The notes under the pieces: generated by a model | Told to the model about the DNA's origin: nothing | Databases searched by the model: none | What the model saw: only the letters and a program-made list of their open reading frames with translations | Assembly (NCBI GenBank): GCA_035221665.1 | Contig: CM069131.1 | Span: 163,742,001-163,806,000, forward strand | Source: Okamejei kenojei | Taxonomy: Eukaryota | Length of the DNA: 64,000 nucleotides | Direction of reading: 5' to 3' | Shown: one piece after another, positions 1 through 10,919 of the stretch | Layout: every line of letters starts with the position of its first letter | Numbering within the stretch: position 1 is the first letter of the stretch | Program-made: the position numbers and the translations under genes

Positions 1-520
1 TGGCCTCCTAATTTGAGGAAGGGCATTATTGCTATTGAGGGAGTACAGTGTAGGTTCACCAGGTTAATTCCCGGGATGGCGGGACTGACATATGATGAAA
101 GAATGGGTCGACTTGGCTTGTATTCACTGGAATTTAGAAGGATGAGAGGGGATCTTACAGAAACATATAAAATGATTAAAGGATTGGACAGGCTAGATGT
201 AGGAAAAATGTTCCCAATGTTGGGAGAGTCCAGAACCAGGGGTTGCAGTTTAAGAATAAGGGGTAAGCCATTTAGGACTGAGATGAGGAAACATTTTTTC
301 ACCCAGAGAGTTGTGAATCTGTGGAATTCTCTGCTATGGAAGGCAGTGGAGTCCAATTCATGGGATGTTTTCAAGAGAGTTAGATTTAGCTCTTAGGGCT
401 AAAGGGATCTACGGATATGGGGACAAGGCAGGGATGGGGTACTGATTTTAGATGATCAGCCACGATCATATTGAATGGCGGTGCTGGCTCAAAGGACCAA
501 ATGGCCTACTCCTGCACCCA
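1..520 (+). mobile_element. CR1 LINE 3' fragment (C-terminal ORF2 plus 3' UTR)
   Basis: ORF 13..396 has RRMRGDLTETYK and FFTQRVVNLWNSL, typical of CR1 ORF2, followed by the CR1 3' UTR seen throughout the window. Confidence 0.9.
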
Positions 521-524
521 TTTA

Positions 525-752
525 TGTCCACACAGACCAGCGCTCCCCATATGCTAACACTATCGTACACACACTATGGACAATTTACAAGCTTACCAAA
601 GCCAATTAAACTACAGACCTGTACATCTTTGGAATGTGGGCGGAAATCGGAGCACACAGGGAAAATGTACAAACTCCGTACCGACTGTACCCATAGTAAG
701 GATCGAACACGGGTCTCAGGCACGAGAAGGCAGCAACTACTGCTACACCAAT
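525..752 (-). mobile_element. tRNA-derived V-SINE (HE1-like), partial
   Basis: Reverse complement of the SINE at 1140-1445. Confidence 0.75.
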
Positions 753-1139
753 GAAGCATTAAACAAAACAAACTTTGACCTTTTTAATATTCCCTTCACA
801 TGGATTTGGATGTCACTTGACAGAACAGCATTTATTACCCTTCCCTAATCGTATCGGTGTTCACTGGGCACTTAAGTGTTAATCATATAGTTACAACTAG
901 ACCAGGCTGGGCAAGGATGGCCAAGTTCTTTCCCTAATGGACATTTATGAACCAGATGGATTTTTATGGCAGTCTGTTATTTGTCTTTCATTCCAGATTC
1001 AACTATTTACTGGATTTTAAATTCTCCAGCTGCTGTTTGAGGATTTAAACTCATATCTGCATTTAAATCAGTGCAGGTTTCAGTCCAGAAAAAAAAACTA
1101 TAGTGTACTTCAGGCTGGACAAGGATGACCCACAGTTCG

Positions 1140-1445
1140 GGCAGCACAGCAGCGCAGTGGTGGAGTTGCTGCCTTACAGCGCTAGAGATCAGAGTTTAAA
1201 CCCGACTACGGGTGCTGTCTGTATGGAGTTTGTACGTTCTCCTCGCGACCGTGTGGGTTTTCTCTGAGAACTTTGGTTTCCTCCCACACTCCAAAGACAT
1301 ACAGGTTTGTAGGTTAATTGGCTCGATATATATGTTAAAAATTGTCCTCGTTGTAGGATAGTGTTAATGTGCGGGGATCACAAGTTGGTGTTGACTCAGT
1401 GGGCCAAGGGGGCTATTTCCGCGCTGTATCTCTAAACTAAACTAC
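1140..1445 (+). mobile_element. tRNA-derived V-SINE (HE1-like), full length
   Basis: tRNA-like head, central GTATGGAGTTTGTACGTTCTCC...GGTTTCCTCCCACACTCCAAAGAC domain, CR1-like 3' end and (CTAAA)n tail. Other copies near 2070-2367(-), 13180-13527(-), 14370-14675(-), 22610-23245(+, interrupted), 23884-24190(-), 27170-27610(+), 32500-32748(-), 45335-45646(+), 54979-55270(-), 55895-56270(+, interrupted). Confidence 0.85.
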
Positions 1446-1619
1446 AGGCCAGGCTAACATCAGTGGAATGAAATGCAGAGACCAACATATTGTTCTAGGA
1501 AGGGGGTGGATAGACAGACAGTAGCAAAAGAACAGAAACAAGTGATATCCAATTCACAGTTTCAAGATCAGTGTTTCAGAGTTCCCAGGGCTTGAGAAGC
1601 ATCACGAGTATTTGTTTTC

Positions 1620-1790
1620 CTTTCTTCTTCCCGCCTCCTCCCCCCCACCCTCACATCAGTCTGAAGAAGGGTCTCGACCTGAAGTGTCACCTATTTCCTT
1701 CGCTCCATAGATGCTGCCTCAGCCGCTGAGTTTCTCCAGCATTTTTGTCTACCTTCGATTTTCCAGCACCTGCAGTTCCTTCTTAAACAA
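1620..1790 (+). mobile_element. Penelope-derived terminal-repeat unit with mutated hammerhead motif
   Basis: CTGAAGAAGGGTCTCGACCTGAAGTGTC at 1661-1688 followed by the family sequence ATAGATGCTGCC...CTCCAGCATTTTTGTCT. Confidence 0.75.
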
Positions 1791-2941
1791 GTGTTTGTCT
1801 TAATCACCAGCAGTGATTCGTTTTTAAGCAATAGTCAGAGAAACATACCAACACCTAGAGGACATCAATGTTAGTGCAGAGCTGAAAAATGCAGAGATTA
1901 AAAACAAAGTCAAATATAGAACCAAAATAGTGAGCATTGTGTTCACTGGCTCATGTTAATGTCGCTGTCAAGCCATTTGTATTGTTAGCAGTAACTCTCT
2001 ACATACCACATGCAGGAATTGGAAGGGTGATGTCCGCAGCTGTTGACCATTCAGTTAGCAGTAAGCTGAGGTTTCGTTTAGAGATAGTGTGGAAACAAGC
2101 CCTTTGGCCCACCAAGTCCACGCTGACTATCGATCACCCATACACTAGTTCGATGTCCGACACACTAGGAGAAATTTAGCAGAAGCCAATTAACTTGACC
2201 GTTGTAATATTCTGCACATCTTTGGTATGTGGAAGTAAACCAAAGCACCCAGAGAAAACCCACGCAAGTCACGGGGAGAATGTACAAACTCCGTACAGAG
2301 AAGCACCGTAGAGTCAAGATCTGGGCTGTAAGGCAGAGATTCTACTAGTGGCGCCACCATACTGCCATATAAAGGCCAAAGTAAGAACATTTTCCAAGCA
2401 GGCTTATCAATTTGAAAGAATACAATCTGGCATTAAAAGGAAATGTTGCTGTAGTCAAGTGTCTGAAACATCATGTTCATAAGCGATGGGAGCAGAATTA
2501 GGCCATTCTACCCATCAAGTCTGCTCCGCCATTCAGTCATGGCTGGTCTATCTCTCCTGCCTAACACCATTCTCGTGCTTTCTTATAACAATAGACAATA
2601 GACGCAGGAGTAGGCCATTCGGCCCTTTGAGCCAGCACCGCCATTCAATGTGATCATGGCTGATCATCCACAATCAGTACCTACTCCCCATATCCCCTGA
2701 CTCCACTATCTTTAAGAGCCCTGTCAAGCTCTCTTTGAAAGTATCCAGAAAACCGGCCTCCACCACCCGCTAGAGGCAGAGAATTCCAGACTCACAACTC
2801 TCTGTGTTTCCTCATCTCCGTTCTAAATGGCTTACCCCTTATTCTTAAACTGTGGCCCCTGGTTCTGGACTCCCCCAACATCGGGAACATGTTTCCTGCC
2901 TCTTGCGTGTCCAAACCCTTAATAATCTTATATGTTTCAAT

Positions 2942-3672
2942 ACTCCTCCACGGAGAGGCGACTCTTTCCATGTCGCCTCCCTCGTGGCCTAACATAGAGG
3001 ATCGGTTCGGCCTTTCCCGGAGACGCGCTCTGGGCTTCAGCCGCGGGCGCAGCGAGGACTCTTTCGTTGCAGAGCAGGTGAGCCCTTGCCGGGGGTCGCC
3101 GGAGGGAAGCACTCCGCTCGCTGGCCCGCGGCAGCCTGAAGTCGCGGCCTGCGGAGCTCCAGCTGGCGCGGCGTCCAGAGCCCGGGATCTCTCGTTGGGG
3201 ATCCCGGAGAAGAGCTCCGACCGCCGACCCGCGGCTTATTTCTAACCGAGTGCGCGGCGTGAACTTACCATCCGGAGTGGGATCCCTCGTCGGGGATCCC
3301 TGGAGAGGAGCTCCGACCGCCGGCCCTGTGGTCTGCGGTGCTTCTGGCTGCGGCTCGGTGGGCACATTAAATCTTCAACCGCCGGCCTGCACCATCTTGA
3401 AGTGGCGGTCTCCGGTGGGGAGGCACCGATTCAGGACTTACCAGGACTTACCATGTCTGCACATTTGGACACACGCAGCGGCGATCAAGGGGGAAAATGG
3501 AGGAGGACTGACCAAATTTTGTGCCTTCCAACACAGTGATGAATGCTGTGGTGGATGTTTGTGTTAAATTTTTATTGTGTATTCTTTTTTATATTGTACC
3601 GCTGCTGGCAAATTAATTTCACTGCACTTTATGTGCAGGTGACGAATGAAACCCGACTTGACTTGAAAAAAA
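2942..3672 (+). mobile_element. GC-rich composite non-autonomous retroposon (5'-truncated)
   Basis: Homologous to 36250-37090(-), 38040-38830, 39437-40208, 56610-57410 and 22785-23066; ends in AATTTCACTGCAC...GTGACGAATGAAA plus (ACTTG)n. Confidence 0.7.
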
Positions 3673-3870
3673 AGATCTCCTCTCATTCTTCAAAATACAA
3701 GCCCAGCCGCTCCATTCTCTCAGCATATGACAGTCCCTCCATCCCGGGAATTAATCTTGTGAACCTATGCTGCACTCCCTCAATAGCAAGAATGTCCTTC
3801 CTCAAATTTGGAAACCAAAACTGCACACAATACTCCAGGTGTTGCCTCATTAGCGCCCTGTACAACTGCA

Positions 3871-5051
3871 GCTTTCGACAAGGTCCCACATAAGAGATTA
3901 GTATACAAACTTAAAGCATACGGTATTAGGGGTTCAGTATTGATGTGGATAGAGAACTGGCTGGCAAACAGGAAGCAAAGAGTAGGAGTAAACGGGTCCT
4001 TTTCACAATGGCAGGCAGTAACTAGTGGGGTACCGCAGGGCTCAGTGCTGGGACCCCAGCTATTTACAATATATATTAATGATCTGGATGAGGGAATTGA
4101 AGGCAATATCTCCAAGTTTGCGGATGACACTAAGCTGGGGGGCAGTGTTCGCTGTGAGGAGGATGCTAGGAGACTGCAAGGTGACTTGGATAGGCTGGGT
4201 GAGTGGGCAAATGTTTGGCAGATGCAGTATAATGTGGATAAATGTGAGGTTATCCACTTTGGTGGCAAAAACAGGAAAGCAGACTATTATTTAAATGGTG
4301 GCCGATTAGGAAAAGGGGAGATGCAGCGAGACCTGGGTGTCATGGTACACCAGTCATTGTAAGTAGGCATGCAGGTGCAGCAGGCAGTGAAAAAAGCGAA
4401 TGGTATGTTAGCTTTCATAGCAAAAGGATTTGAGTACAGGAGCAGGGAGGTTCTACTTCAGTTGTACAGGGTCTTGGTGAGACCACACCTGGAGTATTGC
4501 GTGCAGTTTTGGTCTCCAAATCTGAGGAAGGACATTATTGCCATAGAGGGAGTGCAGAGAAGGTTCACCAGACTGATTCCTGGGATGTCAGGACTGTCTT
4601 ATGAAGAAAGACTGGATAGACTCGGTTTATACTCTCTGGAATTTAGGAGATTAAGAGGGGATCTTATAGAAACTTACAAAATTCTTAAGGGGTTGGACAG
4701 GCTAGATGCAGGAAGATTGTTCCCGATGTTGGGGAAGTCCAGGACAAGGGGTCACAGCTTAAGGATAAGGGGGAAATCCTTTAAGACCGAGATGAGAAAG
4801 ACTTTCTTCACACAGAGAGTGGTGAGTCTCTGGAACTCTCTGCCACAGAGGGTAGTTGAGGCCAGTTCATTGGCTATATTTAAGAGTGAGTTGGATGTGG
4901 CCCTTGTGGCTAAGGGGATCAGAGGGTATGGAGAGAAGGCAGGTACGGGATACTGAGTTGGATGATCAGCCATGATCATATTGAATGGCGGTGCAGGCTC
5001 GAAGGGCTGAATGGCCTACTCCTGCACCTAATTTCTATGTTTCTATGTTTC
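3871..5051 (+). mobile_element. Young CR1 LINE, 5'-truncated, one nonsense change (TAA 4360-4362)
   Basis: RT motifs GVPQGSVLGP and FADD; near-identical to 18354-20560; (TTTCTATG)n tail. Confidence 0.95.
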
Positions 5052-5424
5052 TAGAAGGACCTCTTTGCTCCTATACTCAACTACTCTTGTTATGAAGGCC
5101 AACATGCCATTTGCTTTCTTCACTGCCTGCTGTACCTGCATGCTTACTTTCAGTGACTGATGAACAAGGACCCCCAGATCCCGTCGTACTTCCCCTTTTC
5201 CCAACTTGACACCATTTAGATAATAATCTTCCTTCCTGTTTTTGCTACCAAAGTGGATAACCTCACATTTGTCCACATTAAACTGCATCTACCATGCATC
5301 TGCCCACTCACCCAAGTCCAAGTCACCCTGCATTCTCGTAGCATCCTCCTCACTGCCTCCCAGCTTTGTGTCATCTGCAAATTTGCCAATGTTACTTGTA
5401 ATCAGTTCATCTAAATCATTAATA

Positions 5425-6297
5425 TCTATGTATCTATCTATACATAACTAAAACTCTGATCTTGCTATCTTCCGATTTGCGCGGTCTTTCAATTTGCGCA
5501 ACAACGGTACACTATAGCGCTACGAATTTTTGCCAGCATACTCACTGTTCTCCTCTGCTGCGAGTGCACCATGTTTCGTTCTGACTGGGGGTGTAGTGTA
5601 AAAGTTAGTGCGGTTTAAAAATCGCGTGTGCACTGATCGATCTCATCTCCTGCCAGTCGATGCAGCGTGGATTGGTCTTTTCCCTTCCTGCGCCATCGCA
5701 TCTTTACTGGAGCTGAGGCAGGCTCTGGATGGCCGGCGGAAGTCTCCAACCAGACACAATTTACGGAGGGACCGGAAACGGCCTGGCCCGGCCCAACCCA
5801 GCCCGGAGTCGGATAAGTCGCCAGACGGAAAACAGAGACTCTTATCCCGGCGGAGGAGAACATCCTGCGACAAGCCCCCTCTGCGAGTTCTCAGCGCACT
5901 GTCAGCTGCAGCCCCTTCCCCTCTGGTCCACCTCGCTGGCTCCTGCCCACTTCCCCCGTGATACCCCCCTCTGCCCCTTCTTTTCTCTGAGCTCTCTCCC
6001 CCCCCACACCTCACATGCCCCTCCTACACACCCCCCGTCCACACACACACACCCCTTCCCACCCCACACCCCCCCTTACCTCCCCTTGTCCCCTCCCACA
6101 TATGAAGAGGAGGGGGAGGGAGTGCTGGGGGATGAGGGGAAATTAGCCCCACCTGCACAGTTAGGGGCTATGGGTGAGAGGTGGAATATTGCGTTGGGGG
6201 AACAGGTGAGTGGTGGAAAATTGCATTGGGGAATGGGTTGCACTGGTGGACCAGGCCTCCCGTGTGACTGGGACCCAACGGGTCTCACTTAGTCTAG
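5425..6297 (+). mobile_element. Non-autonomous Helitron (873 bp)
   Basis: 5' TC, 3' CTAG, subterminal hairpin TGGGACCC-AAC-GGGTCTCA (6269-6287), inserted between A and T of the host CR1 (cattaata|tatatt) with no TSD. Confidence 0.85.
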
Positions 6298-6790
6298 TAT
6301 ATTTTAAATAGCTGTGATCCCAGCACCGAGCCTTGTGATACCCCACTAGTCACTGCCTGCCATTCTGAAAGGGACCCGTTAATCCCTACTCTTTGTTTCC
6401 TGACTGTCAACCAATTTTCTATCCATGTCAGCACTCTACCCCTAATACCATGTGGCCTAATTTTGCCCACTAATCTCCTATGTGGGAACTTATCAAATGC
6501 TTTCTGAAAGTCCAGGTACATTACATCCACTGGCTCTCCCTTGTCCATTTTCCTAGTTACATCCTCAAAAAATGTCAGAAGATTAGTCAAGTATGATTTC
6601 CCCCTTTTCTATCCTCCTTTATATTCTTGGCTAACTTACCTGCGTACCTCATCTTTTCTCCCCGTATTGCCTTTTTAGTTATCTTCTGTTGCTCTTTAAA
6701 CGTTACCCAATCCTGGGTAACCAGACAAAACCCCTGGCGCCCATACTAATCATACCATGATAGCAGATTAAACAATTAAAATGTAAAACA

Positions 6791-6796
6791 TTTATT
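6791..6796 (-). promoter_or_regulatory. Polyadenylation signal AATAAA of C18orf54
   Basis: AATAAA on the minus strand about 57 nt after the stop codon. Confidence 0.6.
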
Positions 6797-6852
6797 TGAT
6801 TAAAGTACACAATATAAATATTGTACTATGAATTGTTCTCCCAGGTAGCTTA

Positions 6853-6943
6853 TCAATCATATTGATTGCTCTCTGGTTCTTTATTCTTCTTGCGACCAAT
6901 ATCATCAACAAGCCCCTTCAGGTGTTTCAGATGGCTCAGTGCC
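6853..6943 (-). CDS. C18orf54: C18orf54/LAS2 coding exon 7 (terminal)
   Basis: Acceptor TTTTCTGTCATCAG, phase 2; (R)ALSHLKHLKGLVDDIGRKKNKEPESNQYD*; resembles human KALHHLSRLRDLVDD. Confidence 0.9.
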
Positions 6944-7171
6944 CTGATGACAGAAAACAATGCAGTCATCATCACACTTTAACATACATCCACACTCACT
7001 CAGTTGCTTTTAAAACAAGACTTACATTAAGTAGTGCCTTTCACATACAATTTTACAACTTCCCAAAGGGCCTAATGTCAATCAAGCGCTTTGCAGTTGG
7101 TCTTCTAAAATAGAAAGATAACATATCGACTAATTAACAATCTAATTATAACCAGTTGATCTATTTTAGTC

Positions 7172-7367
7172 ACACAATGCTGGAGTAACTCAGAGGGACA
7201 GACAGTGTCTCTGGAGAGAAGGAATGGGTGATGTTTTGGGTCGAAACCCTTCTTCAGGCATCTCCAGAAAGCCATTCTTCAGAGATGCTGCCTGTCCTGC
7301 TGAGTTACTCCAGCATTTTGTGTTTATCTTCAGTGTAAACCAGCATTTGCCGTTCCTTCCTACACAT
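7172..7367. mobile_element. Inverted pair of Penelope-derived terminal-repeat units
   Basis: Minus copy 7172-7259 (degenerate hammerhead) followed by plus copy 7270-7367. Confidence 0.7.
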
Positions 7368-8988
7368 TCAATCTATTTTAGTGACGTTAGTGCAGGGCAC
7401 CTTCTCTACCTTTCTTCAAAACCCGCAAAGAGGTTTATTTTGTCCTGTCATTTGTTTTTAGGGGCGAGGATAAAGTCAGATGGACCAGCAAATGTTGCCC
7501 CAAATGCAGTCGAGGTTGATGCACATTTTAAAACTATGCTTGCAATTTTTACACCAAGATATCTAGAATGTGTTATTAACTGTTTTTAACAAATGAAATA
7601 CTGTAGATAGTTCATAAATTGTAAGAGCAGAATTTGGTCATTGGGCCCATCAAGTCTTCACCGCCATTCAAACATGGCTGATCTATCTTTCCCTCTCAAC
7701 CTTCATTCTCCTGCCTTCTCCCTACAACCCCTGACACCCGTACTAATCAAGAATCTATCAATCTTAGACAAACCTTTTAAGAAGCTAGGCAAAAAAGGCA
7801 ATATATGCGTGGAACTTGAACACGTGGACGAAGTGTGAAAACGCACATCAGCAGATTTAGGGACAGTTTCTTCCCAGCTGTTATCAGGTAACTGAACCAT
7901 CCTACCACAACCAGAGAGCAGTGTTGAACCACTGTCTACCTCTTTGATGACCCTGGGACTATCCTTGATTGGACTGCTGGTTTTGCCTTGCACTGAACTA
8001 AAGTCGGCAATGAAAACTGCTCATCCATATTCACCAAGGACTTCAGGAAGGAGGCAAGAATATTCTAGACCATGTGACATTGAAAAGCATCTGATGACTT
8101 TGAGGGCTTACAGATGGATAGGTCCTCAGAACTTGATGCGATGGAATATATCCCAAGTTGCTATGGGAGACAAAGGAGATGATTTCTGGGGCCCTGACCA
8201 AGATCTTCAACATTTGCTGGCCAAGCTTAAGATGCCAGGCATATGGATGACACCAATATGGCACAATTAGTCAGGAAGTGCAGCAGGATAGGTAATTACA
8301 GGCTAGTGAGACAAACAGCAGTGATGGAGAAGTTAATGGGAAATATTCTACAGGACATGGTCGATCTAGACTTGCAAAGGCAGGGGCTGATCGGGGATAG
8401 TAAACGTGGCATTGTTGGGTTAGGAGGGACCCTTAATGACTAACTAATTGGGTAGTTACTTAGAAGAAACAAAATATTAGCAAAAGATTCTGAATCAGGC
8501 GGGATGAACTTAAATAATTGGTATGATTTAGAGGCAAGTTGAGGAAAAATCATTCAGAGGGTAGTTGGGGGTCTGGAACTCATTCTTGAAAATATGATAC
8601 AGGCAGATACCCCCAGCACACTTAAACACTATGTGTAGGAAGGAACTGCAGATGCTGGTTTACACCGAAGATAGATGCAAAAAGCTGGAGTAACTCAGCG
8701 GGTCAGGCAGCATCTTTGGAGAAAAGGAATAGGTAACATTTCGGGTCATCTCAAACCAAAACATTCACCTATTCCTTTACACTTAAACACTACTTGGATG
8801 CACGGTGATCTGCAGAGCACAGGGTCATATGGCACGGAAACAGGCCCTTCAACCCAGCTTGTCCATGCCACCCACAATGCCCACTCTAAGCTAGTCCCAT
8901 TTGCCTGCATTTGTCTAAGCCTTTCTATATCCTTGCTGCACCCCAACATTAAATCTCTGGATCCAGACACATCTATGCACTAAGTTAC

Positions 8989-9062
8989 CTTTGTAAAGAC
9001 TTGCTGCCAGGTGCCTCTTCAAATTCCAGGCTCTGGTTTTGAGATGTAAAGTTTTCAGGTAT
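8989..9062 (-). CDS. C18orf54: C18orf54/LAS2 coding exon 6
   Basis: Acceptor CTTTTCTTTTGGCCAG, donor AG|GTAACT, 74 nt (phase 0 to 2); IPENFTSQNQSLEFEEAPGSKSLQ(R). Confidence 0.85.
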
Positions 9063-9958
9063 CTGGCCAAAAGAAAAGCGTTACTTAGCAAGTGATTAAC
9101 AACGACAATAATTATACTTAATATACAAAAATAAATCTCAGAAATTGATTTTTCTGCAGAAACACAGCATTAACTTGCTCAGGCACCGAAGACCGAAAAG
9201 CACAATTGCTGGAAGAACTTAGCTGGTCAGTCAGCATCTGTGGAAAGAAAGGCAGGTTAATGTCCCAGGTCGGTACCCCTCCTCAGAATTGGGGGAAAGA
9301 GTAGATGGTTTATGGTTTTGAAAGCAGAGCTGGGGAAGGAGTAAGATATAAATTGAAAGACCATATGGAGATAAATCAAGACAGATCAGGTGGCAAGGAG
9401 CATGAGTACCGACCATTAGCAATTTTTAAAGAAATAGAGTGAGCTTAATAATGGAAACAATGAGAGACAGTTCAAGTAACCCGGTGAAAGTTGAAAGTTG
9501 GTATATTCAATGTTCATTCCAGAAGGCTGCTAAATGCATAGATGGTATTGGAGTTGGAATATGTGAGGGATTGAGAATTAAAGTGCTAGTCAAGAGTGTA
9601 GTCTTGTCACGTGTACCGAAATAGAACAATGACATTCTTACAGCAACACAACAGGTTTGCAAACACAGTACCCTATAGATAATATGATAAACAAATAATA
9701 ACAGTTCAATATTTTTTTTTTAAACGAGGTAGTGCAAAAACTAAACAAAGTCCAACATCCCTAGTGCAACCAAGACAGATCAGAGATTAGTTGCAGCTCG
9801 TAGTGTTCAATAGCCTGATTGTAGGCAACAGGAAGCTCAGTCACCCTTCAGACTGAGCTTTGCTGCTCTGTGAAGTGATCCCTCTATCTGACTGGTTTCG
9901 CCAACATTGAGAAGGAGGCCACACTGTGAGCACTGAATGCAGCATTCTAGACTGGAAG

Positions 9959-10919
9959 CAAGTGCGGACGTGGCGTTGAAGGACGAGAAGCCAAAGCGAA
10001 GAAGTGGAAGCCAAATAACCGAACGGAAACAAATCCGAAAAGCCAAATAACTGAAAGCGTACAAAGCCGAAAAGCCAACTAACCGAAAGGGCAGGACGCC
10101 TAAAAGCCAACTGACCGAAAGGCCGCAATGCCGAAACGCCAACTGACCGAAAGGCCGCAATGCCTAAAAGCCAAATAACGGACATGACGTCGCCGGGGGG
10201 GCGGAACTTGTCAGCGATTGGTCCAGACCCCCGCGTCCATCACATCACTGGCCGGGTGAAACGGGAGGGTGGGGATCATTTTCCCCACAAGATCTCCCAG
10301 GGCTGGAGGGTGACTGGGCACTCTGAACCCGAGCACCAAGGTGTAAGCGGCCAAAGGAGCGCATCCCTTGGGACATCCCCCACTCTTCCACGGCCACCCT
10401 CCGCCTCGTCTCCCCCATGTGGCCGCAGTGTGACGGGCTGTGGGTCGGCAGTGCGCACACACATGCACACAGCTGGTGGAGCAGAGTTGGGGACAGTCTG
10501 GTCCCTCTGCCCACCTAGAGTCACTGACCGCAATGCACCATGGACGGGGACAGGCATTGCGGCCTTTCAGTGAGTTGGCTTTTAGGCGTCCCGCCCTTTC
10601 GGTTAGTTGGCTTTTAAGCATCCCGCCCTTTTGGTTAGTCGGATTTTAGGCATCCCTCCCTTTCGGTTAGTCGGATTTTAGGCGTCCCGCCCTTTCGGTG
10701 AGTCGGATTTTAGGCGTCCCGCCCTTTCGGTTAGTCGGATTTTAGGCGTCCCGCCCTTTCGGTGAGTCGGATTTTAGGCGTCCCGCCCTTTCGGTTAGTT
10801 GGCTTTTCTGCTTCGTACGTTTTCAGTTATTTGGCGTTTCGGCTTCGTTTCCATTCGGTTATTTGGCTTCCACTTCTTCGCTTTGGCTCCTCGTCCTTCG
10901 ATGTCATGTCCGGGTACCA
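9959..10919. mobile_element. Foldback-type non-autonomous DNA transposon (MuDR-like, long repeat-containing TIRs)
   Basis: Left arm 9965-10180 is the inverted copy of right arm 10552-10912; candidate TSD ACTGGAAG at 9951-9958 and 10920-10927. Confidence 0.7.
10580..10803 (+). repeat. Minisatellite, 7 x 32 bp, inside the right TIR
   Basis: Unit TTTTAGGCGTCCCGCCCTTTCGGTTAGTCGGA, head to tail, no spacers. Confidence 0.9.

Larger units (their letters stand above)
2588..6715 (-). mobile_element. Older CR1 LINE split by three later insertions
   Basis: Minus-strand pieces 2588-2941, 3673-3870, 5052-5424 and 6298-6715 are collinear with CR1 ORF2; (ATTGTCT)n-type tail at 2588-2602. Confidence 0.85.

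Noticed and set aside
1140-1215. tRNA gene
   Set aside because: Degenerate SINE head attached to V-domain and LINE tail; no complete cloverleaf
2889-3567. Overlapping R/G/P-rich ORFs in GC-rich DNA (also 5608-6292, 36339-37017, 38138-38752, 39501-40203, 56920-57271)
   Set aside because: Stop-poor because of GC content; no frame is shared among copies of the same family
10580-10803. 32-bp periodic array resembling CRISPR
   Set aside because: Head-to-tail units without unique spacers, no cas genes, eukaryotic context; it is part of a TIR
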